Part shown: positions 37,345 through 47,753 of the stretch, piece after piece
Position numbering within the stretch: position 1 is the first letter of the stretch
Layout: every line of letters begins with the position of its first letter
Assembly: GCA_965203175.1 (NCBI GenBank)
Contig: OZ241867.1
Span: forward strand, 2,944,001 to 3,008,000
Source of the DNA: Candidatus Latescibacterota bacterium
GTDB lineage: Bacteria; Latescibacterota; UBA2968; UBA8231
Reading direction: 5' to 3'
Length of the DNA: 64,000 nucleotides
Position numbers and translations under genes: made by a program
Notes under the pieces: generated by a model
What the model saw: the letters and a program-made list of their open reading frames with translations, nothing else
What the model was told of the DNA's origin: nothing
Databases searched by the model: none

Positions 37345-38717
37345 ATGGAAGCCATAGTCGCCAGTGTGCGGCAAGTGCTACAGGAAGCGGGCTTGGAGGC
37401 CGATGCTAGCTTAGTCGTCGCTGCGTCGGGTGGCGTCGATTCGACTGTGCTGCTCGATGTTTTAGATGGCCTAGGATACCGGTTGCACGTGGCGCACTTG
37501 GACCACGCGCTGCGGCCGGATTCGGCGGACGATGGCCGTTTTGTCGCCGATGAGGCGCAACGGCGTGGGTTGCCCTGTTCGGTAGAGCGGCGCGACGTGG
37601 GGGAGTACGCCCGAACCGAGGGTTTGTCGCTGGAGGAAGCGGGCCGACGGCAGCGCTACGCCTTTCTCGACCAAGTCGCCGACCGGGCCGGGGCCGAGTT
37701 CATCGCCTTGGGGCACCACGCCGACGATCAGGCCGAGACCGTGATCTTGCGCCTGTTGCGCGGTAGCGGTGCCACTGGCTTAGGAGGGATGGAGATTGCG
37801 CGAGAGGGACGCTATCTGCGGCCGCTGCTGCGCGTGCGGCGTGCTGAGATCGAACAATACGCGCGCCAGCGGGCTTGCGCTACCGAGAGGATCTCTCCAA
37901 CCGCGACCCGCGCTTTTTGCGCAATCGGGTGCGCGGGGAACTAATGCCCTTGCTCAAGAGCTATAATCCTAACATCGCCGAGGTTCTAAATCGCACGGCC
38001 GCGCTGCTCAAGGCCGAGGACGACTTGCTTGCGAAGTTAACCCAAGAGGCTTTAGATACAGTGGTTTGTGAGCGTTGTGACGACAAGGTGGCCCTTGATA
38101 GTACTAGGCTTCTCTCTTATCATATAGCCATGCAAAGGCGCGTGCTGCGCGCCGCGCTCCAGGGCCTCGCCGCCGCGGATGGCCCTTTTGATTTTGCCCG
38201 CGTCGAGCAAGTGCGGGGCTGGATTGGGGCCGGAGACAAGCGCCTGCGGGTGTTGGGTGCTGGGCTGAGAGGTCAAAGCTGTGGTACGCGCTATATCCTG
38301 CGTCGCGGTCAGCGGCCGCCGGTCGCAGGCGGCTTCGACATACCCGGTGCGCTCGTGTTGAGAGAGCACGGCGTAAAAATCCGCGTCCAAGTCGTCTCGC
38401 CGGAGCACTTTGACAAGTCCCAGCTAGGAGGCGCGCAGGTGGCTTTAGACGCGGATCGCCTCGGCGCGTGGGTGCAAGTGCGCAGCCTGCGGCCGGGCGA
38501 TCGCTTCCAGCCGCTGGGCATGGAAGGGCACAAAAAACTGAGTGACTTTCTCATCGACGCCAAGTGGCCGAAAATCTCGCGCGACGAAGTGTTGGTGCTG
38601 ACCCAGGGAGAGGAAATAGCTTGGGTCGCGCCCCTGCGTTCTAGTCATGCCTTCAGAATAAAATCCACTACGCGCCGCATCGCCTTGTGCACGCTGAGGC
38701 ATTGGGACGGCGATTGA
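37345..38717 (+). pseudogene. tilS: tRNA(Ile)-lysidine synthetase split by a frameshift (apparent 1-bp deletion) near 37871-37873; may be a sequencing error
   Basis: One frame carries SGGVDS, HLDH.LR, R..RY.F, HHADDQAET, RPLL; another continues YREDLSN..RNRVR and the TilS-C motif GDRF.PLG..GHKKLSDFLID. One extra G restores ..QRGLRYRED... Confidence 0.85.
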
Positions 38718-38732
38718 CCTAGAGCATCTGTC

Positions 38733-40670
38733 ATGGAGGGACGAAAAAAGCAATCCCAGGAGGAGCGCCCCACGCGCTTTAGGGACGACCGCGGGCTGAA
38801 TCGCCAAGAGGACGACGGCGAAGACAGGCCGCGCCGCTGGCGCCGCCCTTCGCGGACCCAAGCGTTTTGGCTCTTCTTTGTGTTGGTGATGATCTTCACC
38901 GCCAAGTTCTTTGGCAGCAACCCCCCCGATCCTCAGCTCGTCTCCTATAAGGAATACCGCCAATACTTGGAAGATGGCCGCATCGCCGAGGCCATCATAG
39001 TCGGTGAGCGCGAGTTCAAGGGAGTCTTACACGATGGGACTCGTTTTATGGTCAACTTGGGTCCAATAGACTCAGAGACCAAGCGCGAGTGGGGGGAACA
39101 AGGGGTCGATTTTCGCTTTGAGGAAGAACCCTTCCGCTGGTACAATTTCCTCTTCAGCTTTTTGCCGTGGCTGCTGTTTATCGCCTTCTGGATATTCATG
39201 TTGCGACAGATGCAGGGGGGTGCGCGCGGGCTGTTTTCCTTTGGCAAGAGCCGGGCCAAGCTCCTGATGGAGGATAAGCAAAAAACGACCTTTGCCGACG
39301 TGGCTGGGGCCGACGAGGCCAAGAAGGAGTTGGAGGAGATCATTGAATTTCTCAAGGATCCCCACCGGTTTCAGCGCCTCGGCGGGCGGATTCCCAAAGG
39401 CGTTTTAATGGTCGGGCCGCCGGGCACGGGCAAGACGCACTTGGCGCGCGCAGTGGCCGGCGAAGCAGGCGTGCCCTTCTTTTCGATTAGTGGCTCGGAT
39501 TTCGTCGAGATGTTTGTCGGCGTCGGAGCTTCGCGCGTGCGCGACCTCTTTGAACAGGGCAAGGCCAATGCCCCGTGCTTAATCTTCGTCGATGAGATTG
39601 ACGCGGTGGGCCGCCATCGAGGCGCGGGCATTGGCGGCGGCCACGACGAGCGCGAGCAGACCCTCAACCAGCTTCTAGTGGAAATGGACGGCTTTGAGTC
39701 CAATGATGGCGTCATTCTCATCGCCGCGACCAATCGCCCGGACGTACTCGATCCAGCGCTGTTGCGGCCCGGCCGCTTCGACCGCCGAGTGGTGGTTGAC
39801 CTGCCCGACGTCAGAGGTCGGGAGGGCGTACTCAAAGTCCACGTGCGCAAGGTGCCGCTGGATCCGAATGTCGATTTGCAAAAGGTTGCACAGGGCACGC
39901 CAGGGCTTTCCGGAGCCGATTTGGAAAATTTGGTCAACGAAGCTGCCTTGCTGGCCTCGCGGCGCGATCGCAAGACCGTTGACATGGGCGACTTTGAGGC
40001 GGCCAAAGACAAGGTGATGCTCGGGGCCGAGCGCCGCAGCATGGTCCTGACCAAAGAGGATCAGCGGCTTTCGGCATACCACGAAGCGGGCCACGCCTTG
40101 GTCGCCAAGAGCCTCAAAGGCGGCCCAGCCATTGGCAAGGCCACCATCATCCCGCGCGGGCAGGCCATGGGGATGGTTTCCTTTCTGGCCGACGAGCGGC
40201 GTTCGCTGACTGAGACGCGGCTAAAGGCGCATTTGGCCACGGCGCTGGGCGGTTGCGCAGCCGAGAAATTGATCTTTGCCGAGCGCTCGACTGGAGCCCA
40301 AGGCGACTACCAGCAAGTGACGCGCTTGGCTCGTTCGATGGTCTGCGATTGGGGTATGAACGAAGAGCTTGGTCCTCTCTCATTGGGCGGCGGTGACGAC
40401 GAGGTCTTCCTCGGCAAGGAATTCACCCGCAGCCGACACTTGAGCGAGGAGACGGCCCAAGCTGTCGATCGCGAGATCCGCAAACTGGTGGTGGAGGCCG
40501 AGGAAACGGCGCTGAGCATCCTCGGGGAAAAGGAGGACAAGCTCCACTCCTTGGCCCGCGCCCTCCTCGCGTATGAGGTGCTCGACGACGCGGAGATCGA
40601 CCAAGTCTTGGCTGGAGAGCCTCTCGCTCGCGACCCGGTACGCGCTTTGAGCGACGAGGATGAGGCGTGA
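38733..40670 (+). CDS. ftsH: ATP-dependent Zn metalloprotease FtsH
   Basis: Two TM helices; [17 protein letters not shown] motif [15 protein letters not shown]. Confidence 0.98.
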   Translation: MEGRKKQSQEERPTRFRDDRGLNRQEDDGEDRPRRWRRPSRTQAFWLFFVLVMIFTAKFFGSNPPDPQLVSYKEYRQYLEDGRIAEAIIVGEREFKGVLHDGTRFMVNLGPIDSETKREWGEQGVDFRFEEEPFRWYNFLFSFLPWLLFIAFWIFMLRQMQGGARGLFSFGKSRAKLLMEDKQKTTFADVAGADEAKKELEEIIEFLKDPHRFQRLGGRIPKGVLMVGPPGTGKTHLARAVAGEAGVPFFSISGSDFVEMFVGVGASRVRDLFEQGKANAPCLIFVDEIDAVGRHRGAGIGGGHDEREQTLNQLLVEMDGFESNDGVILIAATNRPDVLDPALLRPGRFDRRVVVDLPDVRGREGVLKVHVRKVPLDPNVDLQKVAQGTPGLSGADLENLVNEAALLASRRDRKTVDMGDFEAAKDKVMLGAERRSMVLTKEDQRLSAYHEAGHALVAKSLKGGPAIGKATIIPRGQAMGMVSFLADERRSLTETRLKAHLATALGGCAAEKLIFAERSTGAQGDYQQVTRLARSMVCDWGMNEELGPLSLGGGDDEVFLGKEFTRSRHLSEETAQAVDREIRKLVVEAEETALSILGEKEDKLHSLARALLAYEVLDDAEIDQVLAGEPLARDPVRALSDEDEA

Positions 40671-41515
40671 TTTGGGAGTTGGGAGATCGCACTCTCCACT
40701 TTGGTGACCAAGTACAGATCATGGGCGTCCTTAATGCGACGCCCGATTCGTTTTACGACGGGGGTCGCTACTGCGAGCCGCAGGCTGCGGTGGAGCGAGG
40801 CTTGGAGATGGTGGAGGAAGGGGCGGCAATCGTCGATATTGGTGGTGAATCGTCGCGGCCGCCGACGTACGGGGTCGCCGAGGAGGTCTCGGTCACCGAG
40901 GAATGCGCCCGGGTTCTTCCGGTCGTCGAGGGCCTCCGTCGCCAGAGCGATGTGCCCATTTCGGTTGACACGGTCAAGGCCGAAGTGGCGCGCCGAGCCC
41001 TTGAGGTGGGGGCCGATATTATCAACGACATTAGCGCCCTGCGGCACGATCCGGCCATGGCCGAGGTCGCCGCAGGGGCCAAGACCCCCGTGATACTGAT
41101 GCACCGCCGGGGCACGGCGGTTACTATGCAGCAGAATACTCACTACGATGATTTGCTCGGGACGGTGTACGCCTTTCTACAAGAGCGCGTACGCGTTGCC
41201 CATGCCCAAGGCGTCGAGCGCGTGGCCGTGGACCCGGGCTTGGGATTCGGCAAGTCGCGGGAGGGCAACCTCGCCTTGTTGGGGATGCTAGAGCGCTTCT
41301 TGGACTTAGAGTGTCCATTAGTAGTGGGTGCTTCGCGCAAGTCCTTTATATGGAAGACGCTCGGGCTCTCGGCCGCCGAGAGCTTGGAGGGCAGCTTGGC
41401 GGCGGCGGCTCTGGCGGCTCGGGCCGGCGTCCACGTACTGCGAGTCCACGACGTGGCCGAGACGCTACGGACCGTCCGCTTAGTCGAAGCCGTGCAGGGC
41501 CAAGTACCGTGCTAA
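40667..41515 (+). CDS. folP: Dihydropteroate synthase
   Basis: MGVLNATPDSF.DGG, DIGGESSRP, SVDT, INDIS, DPGLGFGK, SRKS, RVHDV. Confidence 0.96.
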   Translation: MIWELGDRTLHFGDQVQIMGVLNATPDSFYDGGRYCEPQAAVERGLEMVEEGAAIVDIGGESSRPPTYGVAEEVSVTEECARVLPVVEGLRRQSDVPISVDTVKAEVARRALEVGADIINDISALRHDPAMAEVAAGAKTPVILMHRRGTAVTMQQNTHYDDLLGTVYAFLQERVRVAHAQGVERVAVDPGLGFGKSREGNLALLGMLERFLDLECPLVVGASRKSFIWKTLGLSAAESLEGSLAAAALAARAGVHVLRVHDVAETLRTVRLVEAVQGQVPC

Positions 41516-42279
41516 AAGACCCGGTCCTGTTCCACCTCTTCGGCTTTCTGCCCGTCTCGCTGACCTCCGTAGTGGATATCCTGCTGGTGGCCTTTATCTT
41601 TTTTCGCTTGCTCTCCCTGATCAAGGAAACCCGAGCCGCGCACATGGTCGCCGGGCTGCTGCTAATGGTGATCGTGGCCTTGGCTGCGCCTTGGCTCAAG
41701 ATGAGCGCCCTGTCTTGGCTTTTGGAGCAGGCGCGCTCTATCTTGTTGATTCTGCTGGTCATCCTCTTCCAGCCCGAGTTGCGACGGCTCCTCCAAGTCT
41801 TGGGACAGACCCCGGCGTTCCGCTGGTTTTACAAGGCCGAGACGTCACGGGTCATTGACGAGGTTGTCAGCGGAGTGGGGCGCTTGGCCGACTTGGGGTA
41901 CGGGGCGCTGATCGTGCTGGTGCGCCAAGTCCAGATTAGGCAGATCATTGACACCGGCGTGCCCTTGAACTCGGAGGTGTCGGACGATTTGCTGGCCACA
42001 ATCTTCAGCCCGCGAACCCCGCTGCACGACCGAGCCGTCGTCATCCAGGGCGAACGCTTGGTAGCGGCCCGCTGTACCTTGCCTCTGCCCGAAGAGGTCG
42101 AAGACCAGCGGTTGGGAACCCGCCATCGGGCGGCATTGGGTCTATCGCAGGAATCGGACGCGGTAGTTATCGTCGTCTCCGAGGAGAACAGCACCATTTC
42201 GCTGGCCATTGGTGGAGTTTTTTGGCGGGGATTGGACCGTCGGCAACTCAAGCTGCGCCTGCAAGAGCAGATGGCCTAG
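41509..42279 (+). CDS. cdaA: Diadenylate cyclase CdaA/DacA family (DRA in place of DGA)
   Basis: GTG 41509; three TM segments, ILFQPELRR, GALIV, TPLHD(R)A, GTRHRAALGLS..SDA..VSEE. Confidence 0.88.
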   Translation: MLKDPVLFHLFGFLPVSLTSVVDILLVAFIFFRLLSLIKETRAAHMVAGLLLMVIVALAAPWLKMSALSWLLEQARSILLILLVILFQPELRRLLQVLGQTPAFRWFYKAETSRVIDEVVSGVGRLADLGYGALIVLVRQVQIRQIIDTGVPLNSEVSDDLLATIFSPRTPLHDRAVVIQGERLVAARCTLPLPEEVEDQRLGTRHRAALGLSQESDAVVIVVSEENSTISLAIGGVFWRGLDRRQLKLRLQEQMA

Positions 42280-42307
42280 GGCCGAGCGTAGCGCGGTTGC
42301 ACTTTGC

Positions 42308-42352
42308 TTGACACAGTTCCGGCAGTACTCTAATTTGAAATTTTTATTTCAA
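42308..42352 (+). promoter_or_regulatory. arg operon promoter with an overlapping 18-bp palindrome (candidate ArgR operator)
   Basis: TTGACA-N17-TAATTT; TTGAAAT-TTTT-ATTTCAA at 42335-42352 within an AT-rich island. Confidence 0.6.
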
Positions 42353-42368
42353 TTAAATAATAAAAATT

Positions 42369-42836
42369 ATGAGAAATAAACAGATGCGGCAGACCCGCAT
42401 ACGGGAGCTGCTCTACAGAAGGACCATTGATACGCACGAAAAATTAGCCGAGGTCCTCCAGCAACAAGGCATCGAAGTCAGCCAGTCGACCTTGTCGAAA
42501 GACTTGCGCGAAATAGGTGTGGTCCGGGTGCCCCAGGCCGATGGGGGATTTCGCTATACGCTGCCCGAAGCTGGGGCCACGTTGCGCGACCTGCATATTT
42601 TAGAGCGAGAGTTGCAGGACTTCTTGGTCCAGACCGAACAGGTGATCAACATGGTGCTGGTGCGCACTGCGTCAGGACACGCCCAAAGCGTCTGCGAGGC
42701 CATTGATCGAATTGGTTGGGCTGAGGTCGCGGGCACGCTTGCCGGTGAAAACACGATCTTTATCGTCACTCGTTCCGAGCAAGACGCGGCGAAGTTAGTC
42801 GATAAGATCAACGCGGTGTGCGGCGAGGAGAACTGA
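42369..42836 (+). CDS. argR: Arginine repressor
   Basis: VSQSTLSKDLREIG.V, GHAQ.V..AID, GTLAGENTIF. Confidence 0.93.
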   Translation: MRNKQMRQTRIRELLYRRTIDTHEKLAEVLQQQGIEVSQSTLSKDLREIGVVRVPQADGGFRYTLPEAGATLRDLHILERELQDFLVQTEQVINMVLVRTASGHAQSVCEAIDRIGWAEVAGTLAGENTIFIVTRSEQDAAKLVDKINAVCGEEN

Positions 42837-43723
42837 TGAACGCCGAAGTCTTGCAGGACTTGCAAGTCCAGATCGACAAAGCTGAGACCCTGATAGAGGC
42901 TCTGCCTTACCTACAGGAATTCCGCGGCAAAGTGATGGTCGTCAAATACGGCGGTAGCACTATGGGCAGCGGGGATACTGTGTACAAGGACATCGTCTTC
43001 ATGCAGGCGGTCGGCATCTGTCCGGTCGTGGTCCACGGCGGTGGCCCAGCCATCACCCGCCGCCTGCAAGAGTTGGGCATTGAGAGTCAGCGCGTAAATG
43101 GGCTGCGGGTGACGGATGCGGCGACGATGAAGGTGGTCGAGGATGTGCTCTTTGGCGAGGTCAACGCTCGGATCGTCCGCGAGATTGGCGTGCTAGACGG
43201 GCGGGCCTTGGGCGTCTCGGCCAAGGATGCCGGGATCATGCAGGTGCGCAAGCACTGGGTTCAAACCGACGGTGGAGCCATGGATATCGGCTATGTCGGC
43301 GATGTCGAGCACGTGGATACCGCGCCTTTGTTGGACTTGATAGACAAGGGCATGATCCCGGTGGTTGCGCCGATTGGCCGCGGTCCGGAGAGCGAGAGCT
43401 TCAATGTCAATGCCGATACGGCGGCTGGGGAAATCGCCGCCGCTCTACACGCTGAGAAATTAGTTTTTTTAACGGACGTACAGGGCATTATGCGCGATCT
43501 CGCAGATGATTCGTCCCTGCTATCAACCGTGCACGTCTCTGAGGTGGGCGAGTTGATTGACCAAGACGTGATCTGCGGCGGAATGATTCCCAAGGTCGAA
43601 GCCTGTGTCAAGTCCGTCAAAGCCGGCGTGCGCAAAACCCACGTCATTGACGGGCGCGTGCCGCATGCGATGTTGCTTGAGTTTTACACCCGGCAGGGTA
43701 TTGGCACCCAAATTGTCCAGTAG
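42836..43723 (+). CDS. argB: Acetylglutamate kinase
   Basis: LIEALPY, VKYGG, VHGGGP, GLRVTD, NVNAD, LTDV.G, GGMIPKV, DGRVPH. Confidence 0.96.
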   Translation: MNAEVLQDLQVQIDKAETLIEALPYLQEFRGKVMVVKYGGSTMGSGDTVYKDIVFMQAVGICPVVVHGGGPAITRRLQELGIESQRVNGLRVTDAATMKVVEDVLFGEVNARIVREIGVLDGRALGVSAKDAGIMQVRKHWVQTDGGAMDIGYVGDVEHVDTAPLLDLIDKGMIPVVAPIGRGPESESFNVNADTAAGEIAAALHAEKLVFLTDVQGIMRDLADDSSLLSTVHVSEVGELIDQDVICGGMIPKVEACVKSVKAGVRKTHVIDGRVPHAMLLEFYTRQGIGTQIVQ

Positions 43724-43739
43724 GACGACGGAGAAAACC

Positions 43740-44936
43740 ATGAAAACCGAAGACATTATCAAGGGCGAGGCGCAATACATTTTGCAGACCTACGGCCGGC
43801 CCGAGTTCGTACTGGAGCGGGGCAATGGGGTCTATCTCTTCGATATGGACGGCAACCGCTACCTCGATTTTGTCAGCGGCTTGGCGGTCAACGCGTTGGG
43901 CTACGGCGACTACGAGGTGCTCAAGGCCATTGAGGCACAGGCCGCCAAGCTGATGCACGTGTCCAATCTCTACCACACAATCCCCTCGGTCGAGGTGGCA
44001 AAGCGGCTAGTCGAGCACTCGTTTGCCGACCGGGTGTTCTTCTGCAACAGCGGCACCGAGGCGTGGGAGGCTTCGCTCAAGTTCTGTCGCAAGTGGGGCA
44101 ACACCACTTGCGACCAGCCCAAAAACCGCCTCATTGCCTTTGAAAATTCATTTCACGGGCGGACGTATGGCTCCATCTCGACGACCGGCCAGCCCAAGTA
44201 TCACAAGGGGTTTGAGCCTCTGCTGCCGGGCATCGACTTCGCCCAATTCAACGATTTGGCCTCGGTGGAGTCGTTGGTTACGGATCAGACTTGTGCGATT
44301 TTGGTTGAGCCGGTGCAGGCCGAGGGTGGAATCCACGCCGCGACTGCGGAATTTCTCACCGGGCTGAGGCACCTGTGCGACGAGCGGGAGATGCTGCTGG
44401 TCTTCGACGAGATCCAAGTGGGGTGCGGGCGCTTGGGTTCGCTATGGGCCCATCAACAGTACGAGGTTGAGCCGGATATTATGACCTTGGCCAAGGCCCT
44501 CGGCGGCGGCTTGCCAATCGGCGTCGCGCTCTTGCGGCAGAAGGTGGCCGACGCCATTGAGGCTGGCGATCACGCCGCGACGTTCGGTGCCAACCCCGTG
44601 GCCTGCGCCGCGGCGACCGCGGTTTTGGACAAGCTATTGGAGCCGGGTTTTATCGACGGGGTGCGCGAAAAAGGCGAACACTTGATTGATCGCCTACAAA
44701 AGCTGCAGCAGCGCTGGCCTGAGCACATCACCGGAGTTCGCGGCAAAGGGCTAATCGCCGGCGCGGTCACCAGTCAGCCGGCCGCTGACTATCTGGCCGC
44801 CTTCCGCCAGCGCGACATCTTGGTGGCCACGGCCGGAGCTGATGTGGTGCGTTTCTTGCCGCCGCTGATCGTCGAGCGGGATCGCATCGACGAAGTAGTA
44901 GATGTATTCGACGAGATTCTGCGCCAAGGTGTCTGA
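43740..44936 (+). CDS. argD: Acetylornithine aminotransferase
   Basis: YLDF.SG.AVN.LG, NSGTEA, FHGRT, EPVQAEGG, DEIQ.G.GR, AKALGGG.P; start ATG 43740. Confidence 0.93.
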   Translation: MKTEDIIKGEAQYILQTYGRPEFVLERGNGVYLFDMDGNRYLDFVSGLAVNALGYGDYEVLKAIEAQAAKLMHVSNLYHTIPSVEVAKRLVEHSFADRVFFCNSGTEAWEASLKFCRKWGNTTCDQPKNRLIAFENSFHGRTYGSISTTGQPKYHKGFEPLLPGIDFAQFNDLASVESLVTDQTCAILVEPVQAEGGIHAATAEFLTGLRHLCDEREMLLVFDEIQVGCGRLGSLWAHQQYEVEPDIMTLAKALGGGLPIGVALLRQKVADAIEAGDHAATFGANPVACAAATAVLDKLLEPGFIDGVREKGEHLIDRLQKLQQRWPEHITGVRGKGLIAGAVTSQPAADYLAAFRQRDILVATAGADVVRFLPPLIVERDRIDEVVDVFDEILRQGV

Positions 44937-46321
44937 TGGCCGCGGTACAAACGCCTTGGGGTGGGCGGTTTCAGTCCGCGCCGGCCGAGCTGATGGAGCG
45001 CTTCAACGCCTCTATTGGCTTCGACCGCAAGCTATTGGAGGCCGATATTGCGGGCAGCGTGGCCTACGCCCGCGCCCTGCAGCGGGCCGGCGTCCTCAGT
45101 GCTGGGGAACTGGAGCAGATCGAAGCGGGGCTAAAGCAGGTGCAGGAAGAATTTTCAGCCCCGGACTGCGCGCTCCCCGACGCGCTTGAAGACATCCACA
45201 TGGCGGTGGAGCAGCGGCTGACCGAGCTGATTGGGCGGGTCGGAGGCAAGCTGCACACCGGGCGCAGCCGCAACGACCAAGTCAACTTAGACGAACGGCT
45301 CTACCTGCGGGGCGCGATTGCGTCGCTCCAGGCGCAGATTCGCCATCTGCAAGGCGTGCTGCTGGCGTCGGGCGAGCGGCACGGCCGCGTGGTGCTGCCC
45401 GGCTACACTCACTTACAACAAGCCCAACCGGTACTTTTCCCCCACTATGCGTTGGCGCTGTTCTGGATGTTGGAGCGCGATCTCGGACGGCTAGGGGACA
45501 CTTGGCGTCGGGCGGATTTTCTACCGTTGGGTTCTGGGGCGTTGGCTGGAAGTGCGTTTCCGCTCGACCGGACCTTTCTCGCCCGCGAACTCGGGTTCTC
45601 GCAGGTGACTCCCAATAGCCTCGACGCGGTTAGCGATCGGGATTTTCTGCTCGAGACTCTGTCCGCGCTGGCGATTCTAATGATGCACTTGAGCCGCTTC
45701 TGCGAGGATTTGATTCTCTGGTCGTCGGCCGAGTTTGGCTTTGTCGAACTCGACGATCACTTTGCCACTGGCTCTAGCATGATGCCGCAAAAGAAAAACC
45801 CGGACGCGCTGGAGTTGGTGCGTGGCAAGACCGGCCGGGTGTACGGCAGCTTGGTGGCATTGCTGACGACGATGAAAGCCGTGCCGTTGACGTACGCCAA
45901 GGATCTGCAGGAAGATAAAGAGCCGCTCTTCGATGCGCTGGAAACGTCGGCTATCTGCCTGGAGGTTTTCGCTGGTGTTTGGGAGAGCATGAAGGTGCGC
46001 GCCGAGCGGATGGAGTCCGCGGTGGATTCCACGGCCTTGGCAACGGATTTGGCCGACTATCTGGTAGGCCAAGGCATGCCTTTCCGCGAGGCCCATCGCG
46101 TCGTCGGCCGCTTGGTGCGGGACTCGCTAGAGCAAGGCCGCGCCCTCACCGACCTTAGCTTGGAAGATCTGCGCGCACACAGCGCGGATTTCGGCGAGGA
46201 CGCGCTGGGCCTGCTCGATGTGCGCCACAGCTTGGCGCGCCGTAATATAGAAGGTGGCACCGGCCCGCAGGCCGTAGCCGAACAGATGGAGAAAGCACGG
46301 CAGGTATGGGCCGGGAGCTGA
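44936..46321 (+). CDS. argH: Argininosuccinate lyase
   Basis: WGGRF, EDIH, LHTGRSRNDQ, PGYTHLQ.AQP, GSSMMPQKKNPD, DLQEDKE. Confidence 0.97.
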   Translation: MAAVQTPWGGRFQSAPAELMERFNASIGFDRKLLEADIAGSVAYARALQRAGVLSAGELEQIEAGLKQVQEEFSAPDCALPDALEDIHMAVEQRLTELIGRVGGKLHTGRSRNDQVNLDERLYLRGAIASLQAQIRHLQGVLLASGERHGRVVLPGYTHLQQAQPVLFPHYALALFWMLERDLGRLGDTWRRADFLPLGSGALAGSAFPLDRTFLARELGFSQVTPNSLDAVSDRDFLLETLSALAILMMHLSRFCEDLILWSSAEFGFVELDDHFATGSSMMPQKKNPDALELVRGKTGRVYGSLVALLTTMKAVPLTYAKDLQEDKEPLFDALETSAICLEVFAGVWESMKVRAERMESAVDSTALATDLADYLVGQGMPFREAHRVVGRLVRDSLEQGRALTDLSLEDLRAHSADFGEDALGLLDVRHSLARRNIEGGTGPQAVAEQMEKARQVWAGS

Positions 46322-46325
46322 CAGA

Positions 46326-47753
46326 ATGTTAGTGACGATTAAAGATATCGAATTTTACGTGCGCGAGATGCGCATGCGCATGCCGTTTAAGTTCGGCAAC
46401 GTGGTTGCTGATAGCCTGACTGCGCTGCACGTGGCCATGGATCTAGAGCTGAGCAATGGCCGGCGGGCACGGGGCTGGACTGCGGATATGCTGTCGCCTA
46501 GGTGGTTCGACAAGGACCCAAACAAGACGATGGCCGATGGCATCCGGGACTTGGTGGATGGAGCGCAAGCGGCCGCCACCGCTTATCGGGAGTCGGGTCG
46601 GGCTGGTGCGACCCCATTCGCAATATGGGAGGCAGGCTACGAGGCTGGTCGGACGTGGGGCCGAGAGCGGGGCACGAACGACCTGCTGGCGTCCAACGGC
46701 GCGGCCCTGATGGAACGTGCACTCATCGACGGTTTGGGGGTCGCGCTAGGGCAGCCCTATTTTGCGCTGTTACAGGACAATGTCCTTGGGTTGGCGCTGG
46801 GGAGGATTCACTCGGAGCTAGAGGGGTTGGAGCTTGCGGCAGTGCTGCCGGCGGCGCCAGTGCGCTCGCTGTACATCCGCCATACGGTCGGTCTGGTCGA
46901 TCCCATCCGCACGGCCGCGATTGCGCCCGAAGAGCGGTTGAACGACGGGTTGCCGCAGTCCTTGGAAGAATGCATCCAGGGCCAGGGCCTGCGCTATTTC
47001 AAGATCAAGATCGGCGGCGACTCCACTGATGATTTCGAGCGTTTAGCAGAGATCGCCTCGCTCTTGGACGAGAGCGGTACACAGTACCACATCACGCTCG
47101 ACGGCAACGAACAATACGGCGACGCGGCCGATTTGCTGGCTTTGTTGGAACGGATTGAACAGGACTTGGGGGCGTTTTACCATCGCATCCTCTATGTCGA
47201 GCAGCCCATGGACCGCGCCCTTTCCCTCAATCCCGCGCTAAAGAAAGACCTCGGGGTTTTGGCGGCGAAACGCCCCCTGCTGATCGATGAATCGGACGAA
47301 TCCGTGGATTCCTTCTACCGCGCGTTGGACTTGGGGTACAGCGGCGTTTCATCCAAGTCTTGCAAAGGGTTGGTCAAGGCGCTGGTCAACAGCGCACTCG
47401 CCTGGCAGCGCACGGCCGCGGGCCGCCCCTGTTTTGTCTCAGCCGAGGATCTGACTGTGGTGCCGGTGGTGTCGCTGCACCAAGATTTGGTGCACGTGGC
47501 GGCACTGGGGATCGAGCACGTCGAGCGCAATGGGCACCACTACGTGCGGGGGCTGGACCACTTGTCGGCTGCTGAGCGGGCGTGGTGCTTTGAGCGGCAC
47601 GGCGATCTGTACCGCTCCGAGGGCCAGAGCGGTTTTCTCGACATTCGCGACGGTCAGATCGCGGTCGGTTCCCTGCAGCGGTCTGGACTCGGGGTGGATG
47701 GCGCGGTCGATATTGAGGCCATGCAGCCGTTGGCGGAGATGCAGCGCTCGTGA
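46326..47753 (+). CDS. Enolase-superfamily protein of unknown function, paralogue A
   Basis: RMPFKFG capping loop; FKIK; metal ligands LDGNE, VEQP, IDES; HVERNGHHY. Confidence 0.7.
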   Translation: MLVTIKDIEFYVREMRMRMPFKFGNVVADSLTALHVAMDLELSNGRRARGWTADMLSPRWFDKDPNKTMADGIRDLVDGAQAAATAYRESGRAGATPFAIWEAGYEAGRTWGRERGTNDLLASNGAALMERALIDGLGVALGQPYFALLQDNVLGLALGRIHSELEGLELAAVLPAAPVRSLYIRHTVGLVDPIRTAAIAPEERLNDGLPQSLEECIQGQGLRYFKIKIGGDSTDDFERLAEIASLLDESGTQYHITLDGNEQYGDAADLLALLERIEQDLGAFYHRILYVEQPMDRALSLNPALKKDLGVLAAKRPLLIDESDESVDSFYRALDLGYSGVSSKSCKGLVKALVNSALAWQRTAAGRPCFVSAEDLTVVPVVSLHQDLVHVAALGIEHVERNGHHYVRGLDHLSAAERAWCFERHGDLYRSEGQSGFLDIRDGQIAVGSLQRSGLGVDGAVDIEAMQPLAEMQRS

